Below the pieces are notes generated by a model. The model was given only the letters and a program-made list of their open reading frames with translations, ran no database searches and was not told the DNA's origin. From Clostridia bacterium (lineage in GTDB: Bacteria; Bacillota; Clostridia; Monoglobales; Monoglobaceae), in contig JAFYXL010000004.1 of NCBI GenBank assembly GCA_017546165.1, positions 51,066 through 115,065 of the forward strand: 64,000 nucleotides of DNA, written 5' to 3'. Position numbers and translations under genes: made by a program. This document shows positions 21,059 through 30,749 of the stretch, in pieces; position 1 is the first letter of the stretch, and each line of letters begins with the position of its first letter.

Positions 21059-21916
21059 TTACGAAATTCCCTCATATGAGCCACTTTCGCAAAGCGTTTT
21101 CATAGCATCGGATACAGTCGCGTGATCCTCGCGGTATGTCATACCATACCATCTGTCAAAACTGCGTAAAACCTTTACTGTAACTTCGCCATTTTGAACC
21201 AATGTATCAACCACATCGGGCACCAGGTACTCCGCCTTCATTATATCCTCTGTATTTTTAAAGTTTTCAAACTCACGGTCCAAATATTCAAATATTTCGG
21301 GTGTAAATCCCCAAAGATTCATTGAAACAATAGTATCCTTAGGAAGCTGGTGGGTTGTTTCACCATCCTCGCAATACTCAAATCCCTTTATGCCACGTGT
21401 TTCACGGATTGACTTAAGGTATCCGTTTTCCACATTACATACGCCACGGGTTACGGTTCCGTTGTCTGTTGTTGTCTTGTCAAGGTCATATGCAACCATT
21501 GCAAACTCTCCGGTTTTTGCATTTTTTAAAAATTCGTTTATTTCTACATATGCGTGCTTGCCGTAATAGTCATCAGCATTTATAATAGCAAAAGGAGTAT
21601 TTACCTTGTCACGGCAGCAAAGAATTGCGTGGCCTGTGCCAAAAGGTTTTACCCTTCCCTCGGGGAGTTCATCCATTGTCTGGAAAACATAATCTATATC
21701 TATGTATTTTTTAACACGTTCTCCCACAATTTTGTTGAAATCCTCTTCCATTTCCTTTTTTATAACAAAAACAACCTTTGAAAATCCTGCTTCTTTTGCA
21801 TCGTAAGCGGAAAAATCCATTAAGAACTCGCCATTGGGTCCTACAGGTGTCATTTGTTTGAGTCCTCCGAACCTACTTCCCATCCCTGCTGCCATTACAA
21901 CCAAAGTAGTTTCCAT
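21059..21916 (-). CDS. sugar-phosphate nucleotidyltransferase family protein
   Basis: N-terminal VVMAAGMGSRFGG signature of NTP_transferase enzymes. Substrate not inferable. Confidence 0.75.
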   Translation of the reverse strand: METTLVVMAAGMGSRFGGLKQMTPVGPNGEFLMDFSAYDAKEAGFSKVVFVIKKEMEEDFNKIVGERVKKYIDIDYVFQTMDELPEGRVKPFGTGHAILCCRDKVNTPFAIINADDYYGKHAYVEINEFLKNAKTGEFAMVAYDLDKTTTDNGTVTRGVCNVENGYLKSIRETRGIKGFEYCEDGETTHQLPKDTIVSMNLWGFTPEIFEYLDREFENFKNTEDIMKAEYLVPDVVDTLVQNGEVTVKVLRSFDRWYGMTYREDHATVSDAMKTLCESGSYEGIS

Positions 21917-21939
21917 ACTAACTTCCTCCTATACTATAA

Positions 21940-23121
21940 TTATATATTATTCTTTATAAATACTTCTGACGCTCTCTCTAAAATCCCGTTCAGATAGGCA
22001 AGTACCACACCATAATTTGTGACGGGAATATTATTCTCTTCAAAAACCTCCAAGCGATTTTGTATGGCTTTTTTGTTTATCATACACCCACCACACTGAA
22101 CGACCAAACTGTATCTTTGAATATCTTCAGGAAAATCATATCCTGAAAAATGTGTAAACTCTAGTTTTTTGCCGGTATTCTTTTTCATCAGCATAGGTAT
22201 TTTCACCTTACCTATATCTTCGTGAGTAGTACTATGTGTGCAAGCCTCAAGCATCAATATTTTGTCATCATCCTTCAATTTTTCTATAGCCTTTGCGCCT
22301 TCAATAAGCTGCATCATTTTGCCCTTTTTGTTAGCAAGGAGCATAGAAAACGAAGTGAGTGAAATACTTTCAGGAACTATTTCGGCAACCTCTTTAAATA
22401 TTTGTGAATCTGTAATAACCAGTGAAACATTTTTTATTTCATTCAAAGTCCTTTCAAGCATATCTAAAGATACCGAAACCGCTGTTATATTATTATCAAT
22501 GCAATCACGAATTGTCTGAACTTGCGGAAGAATCAACCGTCCCTTTGGTGCTGCAGAGTCAATAGGTATAACTAAAACCACCGTATCTCCCGGTTTTAAA
22601 ATGTCACCGATCAGTGTTTCATCATCACGTTGCTGCTTTAAAAGCATCTCTTTTATTTTTTCACGGAGGGGCAAAATATCCACATCACTGTATCCATCTA
22701 AAAAAATACTGTCAGGGTGTTTTTGCTTTTTCTCCATAAGTGCTTTTGATTCTATCTTATCGCACTTGGTATAAACATTTATTACAGGAACTGTTCCAAA
22801 GTCAAATCCGCTATTTTCCTCGGCGGATATATCCTTTACCAGTATCGCCAGATCGCAACGGTTTATAATTTCCTGAGTTTTTTCCATTCTGTGGGGGCCA
22901 AGCTGTGATACATCTCCAAATCCGGCGGTATCAATAATTGTAACCGGACCATATCCAACAAGTTCCATCGGTTTTGAAATGGGGTCTGTTGTCGTTCCGC
23001 TGACTTCAGAAACTATTGCAACGCCTTGGCCTAAAAGCGCATTAAACAGGCTTGATTTTCCCGCATTTGTTTTCCCAAAAATCCCTATATGCTTTCGCAT
23101 AGAAAGCGGCGCTTTTTCCAT
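21940..23121 (-). CDS. hydF: [FeFe]-hydrogenase H-cluster maturation GTPase
   Basis: GKTNAGKSSLFN P-loop, DTAG and TKCD motifs, and a C-terminal CxH...HxxxxxCGGC-type cluster ligands (EACTHSTTHED ... VQCGGCM). Confidence 0.85.
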   Translation of the reverse strand: MEKAPLSMRKHIGIFGKTNAGKSSLFNALLGQGVAIVSEVSGTTTDPISKPMELVGYGPVTIIDTAGFGDVSQLGPHRMEKTQEIINRCDLAILVKDISAEENSGFDFGTVPVINVYTKCDKIESKALMEKKQKHPDSIFLDGYSDVDILPLREKIKEMLLKQQRDDETLIGDILKPGDTVVLVIPIDSAAPKGRLILPQVQTIRDCIDNNITAVSVSLDMLERTLNEIKNVSLVITDSQIFKEVAEIVPESISLTSFSMLLANKKGKMMQLIEGAKAIEKLKDDDKILMLEACTHSTTHEDIGKVKIPMLMKKNTGKKLEFTHFSGYDFPEDIQRYSLVVQCGGCMINKKAIQNRLEVFEENNIPVTNYGVVLAYLNGILERASEVFIKNNI

Positions 23122-23140
23122 AAATCAGCAAGCCTCCATT

Positions 23141-24031
23141 CTATACAATAAGTGTGATGGCATTATTTTTAACACTAATATCGGCTTCTCTCAGGGCCCC
23201 GCCAAATTCACCATCTAAAGTCCAGTTTACAGGTGTGTCAGATTCAAACTTTGCTTTACTTGTCCGAAAAATCTTTATTGCATCAGTATTTAAATCTTGG
23301 GTAAGAAGCCTGGTCCCCAAATCTTGAAGTTCAAACAATGTTTTTGGTTTTTTAACCAAAAGAACTTCAAAAAGGCCATCGTTAAGTTCAGCCTTAAAGG
23401 CTTTCATCGTCTTAAACCCGGCTATACGATTGCTGTTTGAAACCATACCAAGTATAAATTCGCCTTCAATTATTTCTTCATTGCAGGTAACCTTTATGTT
23501 ATATGACGGGAGTGCGTGAAGCTGTCTTATACCCTCAAGAAAATAAGCAAGCTGGCCTAAAACATTCTTGTTTTGCTGCGGTGTTTCATAAGACACATTT
23601 GTAAATGCGCCAAAGGCTGCCACATACAAAAAACTTTTATGGTTAAACTTCCCCACATCACACTGAAAGCGAGTTCCATTCACCACGTTTTCAGCTGCCT
23701 TAATCATATTTTTTGATATGTTCATATTTGAAGCAAAATCATTGACCGTTCCCGCAGGAATATAACCTATATCAAGACGCTTTTCCCGAGGGAATGTCAT
23801 ATTTCCACGAATAACTTCATTAAGTGTTCCGTCTCCCCCTGAAACAACCACCATATTAAAATCTCTACCGATTTTCTTTACAACATTATACGCATCTTTT
23901 TCACTTTGTGTAGGATGAACTGAAACCTGCCACCCCTCTTTTACAAAAATATCCACTATATCAAGGAGCTTGTTTTTTATTTTACCTTTTCCGGAATGAG
24001 GGTTCAGGATAAATAATAATTTTTTACACAT
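23141..24031 (-). CDS. diacylglycerol-kinase-family lipid kinase (YegS/BmrU type)
   Basis: SGGDGTLNEV motif, ~296 aa. Confidence 0.85.
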   Translation of the reverse strand: MCKKLLFILNPHSGKGKIKNKLLDIVDIFVKEGWQVSVHPTQSEKDAYNVVKKIGRDFNMVVVSGGDGTLNEVIRGNMTFPREKRLDIGYIPAGTVNDFASNMNISKNMIKAAENVVNGTRFQCDVGKFNHKSFLYVAAFGAFTNVSYETPQQNKNVLGQLAYFLEGIRQLHALPSYNIKVTCNEEIIEGEFILGMVSNSNRIAGFKTMKAFKAELNDGLFEVLLVKKPKTLFELQDLGTRLLTQDLNTDAIKIFRTSKAKFESDTPVNWTLDGEFGGALREADISVKNNAITLIV

Positions 24032-24057
24032 TCAAAACAACCCCTTTCTCTCAATCT

Positions 24058-24849
24058 TTACAACTTGAATATTTTTGCCAGAGCCGTGGATACGCCTGCA
24101 TCGTCCACGCCATCAGTAACCATATCTGCAATATTTTTTAATTCATCAGGGGCATTGCCCATTGCAACACCAATACCCGCTGTTTTTATCATATCGTAGT
24201 CATTCATACTGTCCCCCATAGCAATACTTCTTTCAACGGGGATATCGAGTATTTCTACAATTTCAAGCAAAGCCTTGCCCTTGCCACGACTCTTTTGAAG
24301 AATTTCACCATAATTTGAAAATCTCAATACAACACAATTGTCACCAAGAACATTGTCCAATTCCTTCGGAATTTCGCCTAAAACCGTAAACTTTTCAATG
24401 GGAACATTGGGTGTAAGTATTTGGGATATGTTCTTTTCATCAAGCTTTACCCATCTGTCCTCCACAGCAATTTTCAAAGAATCTTCCATAAATCCTTCGG
24501 CAAAACCAAAATGATACATATTATTCTGACCTTCCAGTATGGCCGGAAGTCTGTTTTCAAAAGCAAACTGACAGTATTTTTCAACGATAGTATGTGGCAT
24601 GAAACTTTTAAAAACTTCTTTATCTCCCACTTTTGACACAGCACCTGCACCGGAAATCACACCGTCAAAATTCTCCGATATTTTAAGTTTTAAAGGCAAA
24701 TACGCCGTTGCCCTGCCGGTGCTGACAAAAACTTTATGTCCCAGGCTGCGGACTTTTCGGATTGTATCTAAATTTTTTTCAAACGCCTTATCGGATTCGC
24801 CTATTAAGGTTCCGTCTATATCCAAAAAAATACAATATTTTTTATCCAT
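24058..24849 (-). CDS. Cof-type HAD-IIB phosphatase
   Basis: FLDIDGTL (motif I), STGR and GDSMNDYDM (motif IV). Start taken as ATG 24849 (GGAG RBS); the ORF track allows 24864. Confidence 0.85.
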   Translation of the reverse strand: MDKKYCIFLDIDGTLIGESDKAFEKNLDTIRKVRSLGHKVFVSTGRATAYLPLKLKISENFDGVISGAGAVSKVGDKEVFKSFMPHTIVEKYCQFAFENRLPAILEGQNNMYHFGFAEGFMEDSLKIAVEDRWVKLDEKNISQILTPNVPIEKFTVLGEIPKELDNVLGDNCVVLRFSNYGEILQKSRGKGKALLEIVEILDIPVERSIAMGDSMNDYDMIKTAGIGVAMGNAPDELKNIADMVTDGVDDAGVSTALAKIFKL

Positions 24850-24885
24850 TTTAAATCGCTCCAACAGAGTCTCTCATCTTATTTT

Positions 24886-24914
24886 AATTTATCATAATCA
24901 AAATCTTTTGTCAA
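24886..24914 (-). promoter_or_regulatory. sigma-A-type promoter for the Cof-hydrolase transcription unit
   Basis: Minus strand reads TTGACA, 17-nt spacer, TAAATT. Lies between the sigma-fragment stop and the Cof start. Confidence 0.45.
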
Positions 24915-24930
24915 TATTACCCTCTATTAA

Positions 24931-25428
24931 TTACAGATACTTCTTCATATGACCAAGTGCATTTTTTTCAAGTCTTGAAACCTGTGCCTGGGATATTCCT
25001 ATTTCATTTGCAATCTCCATTTGTGTCCTTCCGGCAAAGAATCTCATTTCAAGTATATTTCTCTCCCTATCTGTCAAATGTTTCATTGCCTCTTTTATTG
25101 AAATCTCCTCCAGCCAGGAATCATCAATGTTTTTTTCATCTTTGACCTGATCCATTACAAAAATCGCATTTCCTGTTTCGTGATAAACAGGTTCATAAAG
25201 TGACACAGGATCTACAATAGCATCCAAGGCAACAGACACTTCTTCTGTGGTAAGTTCCAGTTCCTTTGCTATTTCTTCAATAGTGGGTTCCTTTGAGTTG
25301 ACATTCATCAATCTCTCCTTTGCAGACAACGCTTTGTAAGCTGTATCTCTCATTGAACGACTAACTCGTATAGTTGTGTTATCCCTTAAATATCTGCGTA
25401 TTTCACCGATTATCATCGGCACGAATGT
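24931..25428 (-). pseudogene. sigG: 5'-truncated sigG-type sporulation sigma factor (end of region 2 through region 4 only)
   Basis: VPMIIGEIRRYLRDNTTIRVSRS...DPVSLYEP...GISQAQVSRLEK is colinear with the C-terminal ~165 aa of SigG as I recall it. The ~95 N-terminal residues (regions 1.2-2.3) are absent. An in-frame TAA lies 3 codons upstream of VPM. No SD sequence. The EamA stop codon is 17 nt upstream of the retained VP codons (23 nt from the first ATG). Confidence 0.75.
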
Positions 25429-25445
25429 ATTTTAGGGAAATAATA

Positions 25446-26345
25446 TTAAACCGCGATTTTTTTGAACTTTTTCTTAAATACAAGTTGCGAAATTATAACT
25501 CCTGTAAAAATCAAAGCACATCCAAAGTAACCACGGATAGTCATCACCTCGTGAAGAATTAACGCACCGCCAATTGCACCAAACATAGATTCTGTTGATA
25601 ATATAATTGATGCGTAGGTGGGGTCTGCCTTCTTTTGTCCAATAATCTGACAAGTATAAGCCACACCTGCCGACAGTACACCTCCGTAAAGAATTGGAAT
25701 CAGAGCATTCAGTATTGCATCAAGAGTAATTTTTTCAAAAATCAACGCACAGCAAATTCCCAAAATTCCACATACGGCAAACTGGGTGCTGGCAAACCTT
25801 ATTGCATACATTTTGTTCACAAATCTGTCAATTACCAAAATATGAAAAGCCCAGAAAATAGCACCTATAATCAACACTATATCTCCTATACTTATCTGCC
25901 ACTTTTCATTTACGCAAATAAAAAACATACCAACAACCGCAAGAACAGCACCCAGCCATACATTCGCTGTGGTTTTTTTGCCCAAAGCAATTCCAAATAT
26001 TGGAACAAGAACGGTGTAAAGACCTGTCAAAAAGCTTGCTTTGCCTGCACTTCCTGTGATTTCAATTCCCACCTGTTGGAGGGATGAGGCTGTAAACAAA
26101 ATTATACCTGCTACAACACCTGTTTTAAACGTTGTTGACATTTTTTGAGTATGTATTTGAGAGTCTTTTTCGGCTTTTTCAAATATAAAAATAACAGGAA
26201 TTAATGAAATTGCACCCAAGACAAACCTGATACCATTGAAAGTAAATGCGCCTACATAATCTGCGCCTACTCGTTGTGCAACAAAGGCAAACCCCCAAAT
26301 CATGGCTGTCATAAGTAATAATAGAAAAGATTTAATTCTTTGCAT
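25446..26345 (-). CDS. EamA/DMT-family transporter
   Basis: About 10 TM segments in two EamA-like halves. Start moved to ATG 26345 (GGAGGA RBS, 7-nt spacer). Confidence 0.85.
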   Translation of the reverse strand: MQRIKSFLLLLMTAMIWGFAFVAQRVGADYVGAFTFNGIRFVLGAISLIPVIFIFEKAEKDSQIHTQKMSTTFKTGVVAGIILFTASSLQQVGIEITGSAGKASFLTGLYTVLVPIFGIALGKKTTANVWLGAVLAVVGMFFICVNEKWQISIGDIVLIIGAIFWAFHILVIDRFVNKMYAIRFASTQFAVCGILGICCALIFEKITLDAILNALIPILYGGVLSAGVAYTCQIIGQKKADPTYASIILSTESMFGAIGGALILHEVMTIRGYFGCALIFTGVIISQLVFKKKFKKIAV

Positions 26346-26384
26346 AGCTTCATCCTCCGTATAAATGCGAATATAAATCAAATA

Positions 26385-26409
26385 GCCGAAGCACTGTTGT
26401 GCTGCGGCA
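26385..26409 (-). terminator. probable terminator after trkH
   Basis: GCCGAAGCAC-tgttg-GTGCTGCGGC hairpin with one mismatch, followed on the minus strand by a T-rich tract. Confidence 0.45.
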
Positions 26410-26422
26410 TTTATTATCTACA

Positions 26423-27859
26423 TTATTTCTTCCACGTATATGGTGAAAATAAAATCAGCATCGGGAATACCTCAAGCCTGCCAATAAACATATTTAATAT
26501 AAAGACAATCTTTGAAAGTCCCGAATATGCCGAAAAATTGCCTATGGGTCCAACCATACCAAGGCCCGGTCCTATATTGTTAATTGTAGCGGCAACCGCT
26601 GTAAAATTAGTGGTAAAATCAAAATTATCAAAGCTAATCACAAGCATAGCAATGGTGTATATAATAATATATGCCATTATATATACGTTAACCGATCGCA
26701 CTGTTTCGTGCTCAACAATTCTGCCATTCATTGTAATTTTATGTGTGCTTTTGGGATGAATGGTAACTTTAAGCTCCTTTACAATGGTCTTAAGCAGAAT
26801 CATAATCCTACAAACTTTAATTCCTCCGCCTGTACTTCCGGCACAAGCACCTACAAACATCAGCATAACAAGTAATGCTTTAGAGAACTCCGGCCATAAA
26901 TCAAAATTATCTGTCACATAACCGGTTGTTGTTATTATGGAAGCAACTTGAAATGAACTATGCTTAAGTGAAGTCCAGATACTGTCAAAACTGCCTGCAA
27001 TATTAATCCATATTAATAATATTGATATAAATACTATCCCAAGATAAACACGCACTTCTTCCGAATGTGCCACATCCCTGAACTTTCGTATAAGCAATAA
27101 ATAATAAAGTGAAAAATCAACACCAAAAAGCAACATAAACACCGTAACTATGCTCTGCTGATAACTTGTGTAATCCGCAAGGCTTGAGTTAAGTATAGCA
27201 AAACCACCCGTACCCGCAGTACCAAAAGATACGGTTATTGCATCAAAGGGCTTCATACCGCCAATAAGCAATAATACCATCTCTATAACTGTAAGAGCAG
27301 TGTATATGCCATAAAGAATTTTCGTAGATGACTGAATTCTGGGTACAATTTTACCTACAGCAGGACCTGTACTTTCGGCTTTGAGCAAGTAAATGTTATT
27401 GCCTCCCGAGAGTTTCATCAATGACATCAGGAATACAAGTACACCCATACCACCTATCCAATGGGTAAAGCTACGCCACAAAAGCATACTTTTAGGAAGT
27501 ACTTCTACGTCCGTAAGAATTGTAGCACCTGTTGTTGTAAAGCCTGAAACCGTTTCAAACAATGCATCGATATAGTTTGGAATTGACCCGGAAACTATAA
27601 ATGGCAATGCACCAAATATACTAAGCAAAATCCAGCTTAATGAAACCGTAACAAGACCTTCCTTGGCGTACATACTTCGATTGTTAACCTTTATACTTTT
27701 AAGCAAAAATCCAAGAACAAAACAAATCGACGAACACGCAAGAAAAGTCCATACTTCCCTCTCGCCGTAAATTACTGCACAGCCAAGAGGCAAAAGCATA
27801 AATGCTGATTCAAGAACAAGCGCTAAACCTAAAATATGAATAATAATTTTATAATTCAT
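26423..27859 (-). CDS. trkH: TrkH/KtrB-family potassium uptake membrane subunit
   Basis: Multi-TM protein with repeated selectivity-filter-like TTTG/TAGTGG/GSTGGG motifs. Paired with trkA. Confidence 0.9.
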   Translation of the reverse strand: MNYKIIIHILGLALVLESAFMLLPLGCAVIYGEREVWTFLACSSICFVLGFLLKSIKVNNRSMYAKEGLVTVSLSWILLSIFGALPFIVSGSIPNYIDALFETVSGFTTTGATILTDVEVLPKSMLLWRSFTHWIGGMGVLVFLMSLMKLSGGNNIYLLKAESTGPAVGKIVPRIQSSTKILYGIYTALTVIEMVLLLIGGMKPFDAITVSFGTAGTGGFAILNSSLADYTSYQQSIVTVFMLLFGVDFSLYYLLLIRKFRDVAHSEEVRVYLGIVFISILLIWINIAGSFDSIWTSLKHSSFQVASIITTTGYVTDNFDLWPEFSKALLVMLMFVGACAGSTGGGIKVCRIMILLKTIVKELKVTIHPKSTHKITMNGRIVEHETVRSVNVYIMAYIIIYTIAMLVISFDNFDFTTNFTAVAATINNIGPGLGMVGPIGNFSAYSGLSKIVFILNMFIGRLEVFPMLILFSPYTWKK

Positions 27860-27888
27860 AGTATATTCATTTCACTTTCTGTAAAATT

Positions 27889-29247
27889 TTAGTCCAGAAT
27901 ATCACTTATCTCCTTAAGGCCCATCATTGTCGTAACAACGATTACCGTATCACCTGCACAAATTTCATCTTGACCTCTGGGAATAATTATTTTGCCCTTT
28001 CGGTTTATACAAGCAATAAGGGTATTACGCTTTATAGGAAGTGCCTCAAGAGAGATGCCAATAACAGGCGAATTCTCTTTTATGCTGAATTCAAGCGCCT
28101 CTGCCTTACCATCCAGAATAAGGTGCATAGTTTCAATATCTGAATCAAGGGAATTTTCTTTGGCACGTACAAAACGCACTATATATTCGGCAGTTATATC
28201 TTTGGGATAAACAACTGTGCCCAAATCCATATTGGCAATAATTTCATCATAGGCAACACGGTTAACTTTTGTAACTAATTTCCCGTTCATCTTGCTTTTT
28301 GCAAAAAGGGAAAGCATTATATTCTCCTCATCAATGTTGGTAAGAGCAACAAAAGACTCGGCGTTTTCAATTCCCGCTTCAAGAAGAACACGGTTGTCGG
28401 TACCATCCGCATTTATAATAATTGCCTTAGGAAGCTGCTGACAAAGCTTATCACATACCTCTTCCTTTTTTTCAATTATTTTCACCTTAATCCCCCTGTG
28501 AATAAGCTTATCCGCAAGGTAATAGGAAATAGGTCCGCCCCCAACTATAATGGTATCCTTTACACGATTGGTTTTTACCCCAATCTTTTTAAAAAATGCT
28601 GAGCCATTAAGAGGCGCCGCAATAATACTTACAAAATCACCCTTTTTGATAACAAAATTACCGTCGGGGATAAATGCCTCTTCTCCTCTTTCAACACCGC
28701 AAACTAATATATCTGTATTAAGCTTTGAATTTATCTCCCACACTGACATATTATCCAGCACAGACTTATCCGCTACTTTAAACTTTAATATTTCAATTCT
28801 GCCTTTTGCAAAAGTATCAATTTGAATAGCCGACGGAAATCGCAAAGCTCTTGCAATTTCATTTGCCGCAGTAAGCTCAGGATTAATAACCATAGCAAGT
28901 CCCAGATCATCTTTGAAAAGATGAAGCTCCTTGTTATAGTCCGGCTTTCTTACCCTTGCAATGGTCTGACAATTACCTGTTTTTTTTGCAAGCAAACAGG
29001 TAAGAAGATTTACTTCATCAGAGTTTGTAACTGCAATTAGTATATCAGCAGTCTCAACACCGGCCTCAAGCAACACTTCAACACTTGCACCATTGCCTAC
29101 TACACCCATCGCATCATATTGATTAATCAAATCCTGAACAACATCATACCTGGTATCAACAACAGTTATGTTTTGATTATCCTCTTGACTAAGTTGTTCA
29201 GCAAGTTTTTGTCCTACTTTTCCGCAACCGATAATTATAGTATTCAT
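27889..29247 (-). CDS. trkA: Trk potassium uptake regulatory subunit with tandem RCK domains
   Basis: IIGCGKVG and IVGGGPISYY Rossmann motifs. Start moved to ATG 29247 (AAAGGAGAAG RBS). The ORF-track start at 29292 lies upstream of the predicted transcription start. Confidence 0.9.
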   Translation of the reverse strand: MNTIIIGCGKVGQKLAEQLSQEDNQNITVVDTRYDVVQDLINQYDAMGVVGNGASVEVLLEAGVETADILIAVTNSDEVNLLTCLLAKKTGNCQTIARVRKPDYNKELHLFKDDLGLAMVINPELTAANEIARALRFPSAIQIDTFAKGRIEILKFKVADKSVLDNMSVWEINSKLNTDILVCGVERGEEAFIPDGNFVIKKGDFVSIIAAPLNGSAFFKKIGVKTNRVKDTIIVGGGPISYYLADKLIHRGIKVKIIEKKEEVCDKLCQQLPKAIIINADGTDNRVLLEAGIENAESFVALTNIDEENIMLSLFAKSKMNGKLVTKVNRVAYDEIIANMDLGTVVYPKDITAEYIVRFVRAKENSLDSDIETMHLILDGKAEALEFSIKENSPVIGISLEALPIKRNTLIACINRKGKIIIPRGQDEICAGDTVIVVTTMMGLKEISDILD

Positions 29248-29281
29248 AACTTCTCCTTTGGCATTATAAATAACATCTACA

Positions 29282-29310
29282 ATTATATTCATTCAAGCTT
29301 TCAATGTCAA
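29282..29310 (-). promoter_or_regulatory. consensus sigma-A promoter for trkA-trkH
   Basis: Minus strand reads TTGACA, 17-nt spacer, TATAAT, leaving a leader of only ~30 nt. Confidence 0.65.
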
Positions 29311-29444
29311 GCATTATAACAATCTTTACCATTCCTTAGTTATGAATAAAGATCTCGCTTATATCTTTATAACACCTATAGTCTATCACAAGAATGTTAA
29401 AATTTCAATAATAATTTGTTCTCTGATTGTTCACATTTTTTTGA

Positions 29445-29474
29445 TTGACTATATACAGAAAGTAATGATATAAT
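29445..29474 (+). promoter_or_regulatory. sigma-A-type promoter for the THUMP methyltransferase gene
   Basis: TTGACT, 18-nt spacer, TATAAT. Confidence 0.55.
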
Positions 29475-29537
29475 AATAAAAAGAGAATCTTTAAGCGCAT
29501 TATAGTTTTGAATTTAGATATATACGGAGGAAAATCA

Positions 29538-30659
29538 ATGAAAAGACTTTTACTCACTATTCCAACACTCTTGGGGACAGAACAAATTGTTGCAAATGAG
29601 GTCCGCCATCTGGGTTACGAAACAAAAGAAGTCAAAGACGGAAGTGTGACATTTGAAGGTGATGCAGAGGCTATATGTCTTTGCAACATAAACTTGCGTT
29701 CTGCCGAACGTGTTATGATTAAGCTTGCAGAGTTCAAAGCCACTTCCTTTGATGAGCTCTTTGAAAAAGTAAAAAAGATAAATTGGGAAAGCATAATTGA
29801 AAAAGATGCGGCATTTCCGGTAAAGGGACATTCCGTACGTTCGGTTCTTCATAGTGTGCCCGATTGTCAGGCTATTATAAAAAAAGCTATTGTTTCACGT
29901 CTGTCAAGCCATTATGGAATTGAAAGATTTGAGGAAACAGGCCCCCTTTATCCCATCCAATTTGCACTTATGAAAGACGTTGCAACCATCTATATTGATA
30001 CCACAGGTGAAAATCTTTATAAACGTGGTTACCGTGAAAAGAGCGTCCTTGCTCCTATGCGCGAAACTTTGGCATATTCAATGATAGACCTGAGTTTTTG
30101 GCGTGGTGACAGAATTTTTATTGACCCTTTCTGCGGCAGCGGCACTTTGCCTATCGAAGCTGCACTCTATGCCACAAACACAGCACCCGGCATCAAACGT
30201 CGCTTTGTAGCTGAAACCTGGAGAAATCATATTTCGAAAGATATGTGGAAGGATATCCGTGAAGAGGCCCGTGAAAACTCACGTCCAAATACCAAAACTG
30301 AAATTTTTGCATCCGACATTGACCCGGAAGCAATTGCCATTGCAAAAAAGAATGCTGAAAATGCAGGTGTCGCTGATAAAATCAAATTCAGCGTATGTGA
30401 TATGGCAAAAATTACCACATCCAGGGAAAAAGGCGTCATAATTTGCAATCCACCCTATGGCGAGCGTCTTTTGGATGCAAAACAGTGCGAACGACTTTAC
30501 CGTACTATGGGCAGAAAGTTTGCCGAATTCCCAAATATGAAGAAATTCATTCTTACTTCAAACGAACAATTCGAACAACACTACGGCAGTTTTGCAGATA
30601 AACGCCGAAAGGTCTATAACGGTATGCTTAAATGCTATATATACCAATACTTTAAATAA
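29538..30659 (+). CDS. THUMP-domain class I SAM-dependent RNA methyltransferase (RlmL/YpsC-like)
   Basis: DPFCGSGT motif I and NPPYG motif IV, with an N-terminal THUMP-like region. Start moved to ATG 29538 (GGAGGAAAATCAATG). Confidence 0.85.
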   Translation: MKRLLLTIPTLLGTEQIVANEVRHLGYETKEVKDGSVTFEGDAEAICLCNINLRSAERVMIKLAEFKATSFDELFEKVKKINWESIIEKDAAFPVKGHSVRSVLHSVPDCQAIIKKAIVSRLSSHYGIERFEETGPLYPIQFALMKDVATIYIDTTGENLYKRGYREKSVLAPMRETLAYSMIDLSFWRGDRIFIDPFCGSGTLPIEAALYATNTAPGIKRRFVAETWRNHISKDMWKDIREEARENSRPNTKTEIFASDIDPEAIAIAKKNAENAGVADKIKFSVCDMAKITTSREKGVIICNPPYGERLLDAKQCERLYRTMGRKFAEFPNMKKFILTSNEQFEQHYGSFADKRRKVYNGMLKCYIYQYFK

Positions 30660-30708
30660 ATTTTTATGACACATTCTACTATGCAAAATCTTTGTTAAAC
30701 AGAATTTA

Positions 30709-30736
30709 AAAAGGCGAAGCATTTGCTTCGCCTTTT
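30709..30736. terminator. bidirectional rho-independent terminator shared by the methyltransferase gene and spo0A
   Basis: AAAA-GGCGAAGC-attt-GCTTCGCC-TTTT. Confidence 0.8.
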
Positions 30737-30749
30737 ACTCTTTCCCGGA

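Noticed and set aside
29248-29537. Possible c-di-AMP (ydaO/kimA-type) or other riboswitch in the 290-bp gap upstream of trkA
   Set aside because: A consensus TTGACA-17-TATAAT promoter sits only about 30 nt from the trkA RBS, leaving no room for an aptamer. The rest of the gap is AT-rich promoter DNA for the divergent methyltransferase gene, with no GC-rich paired elements.
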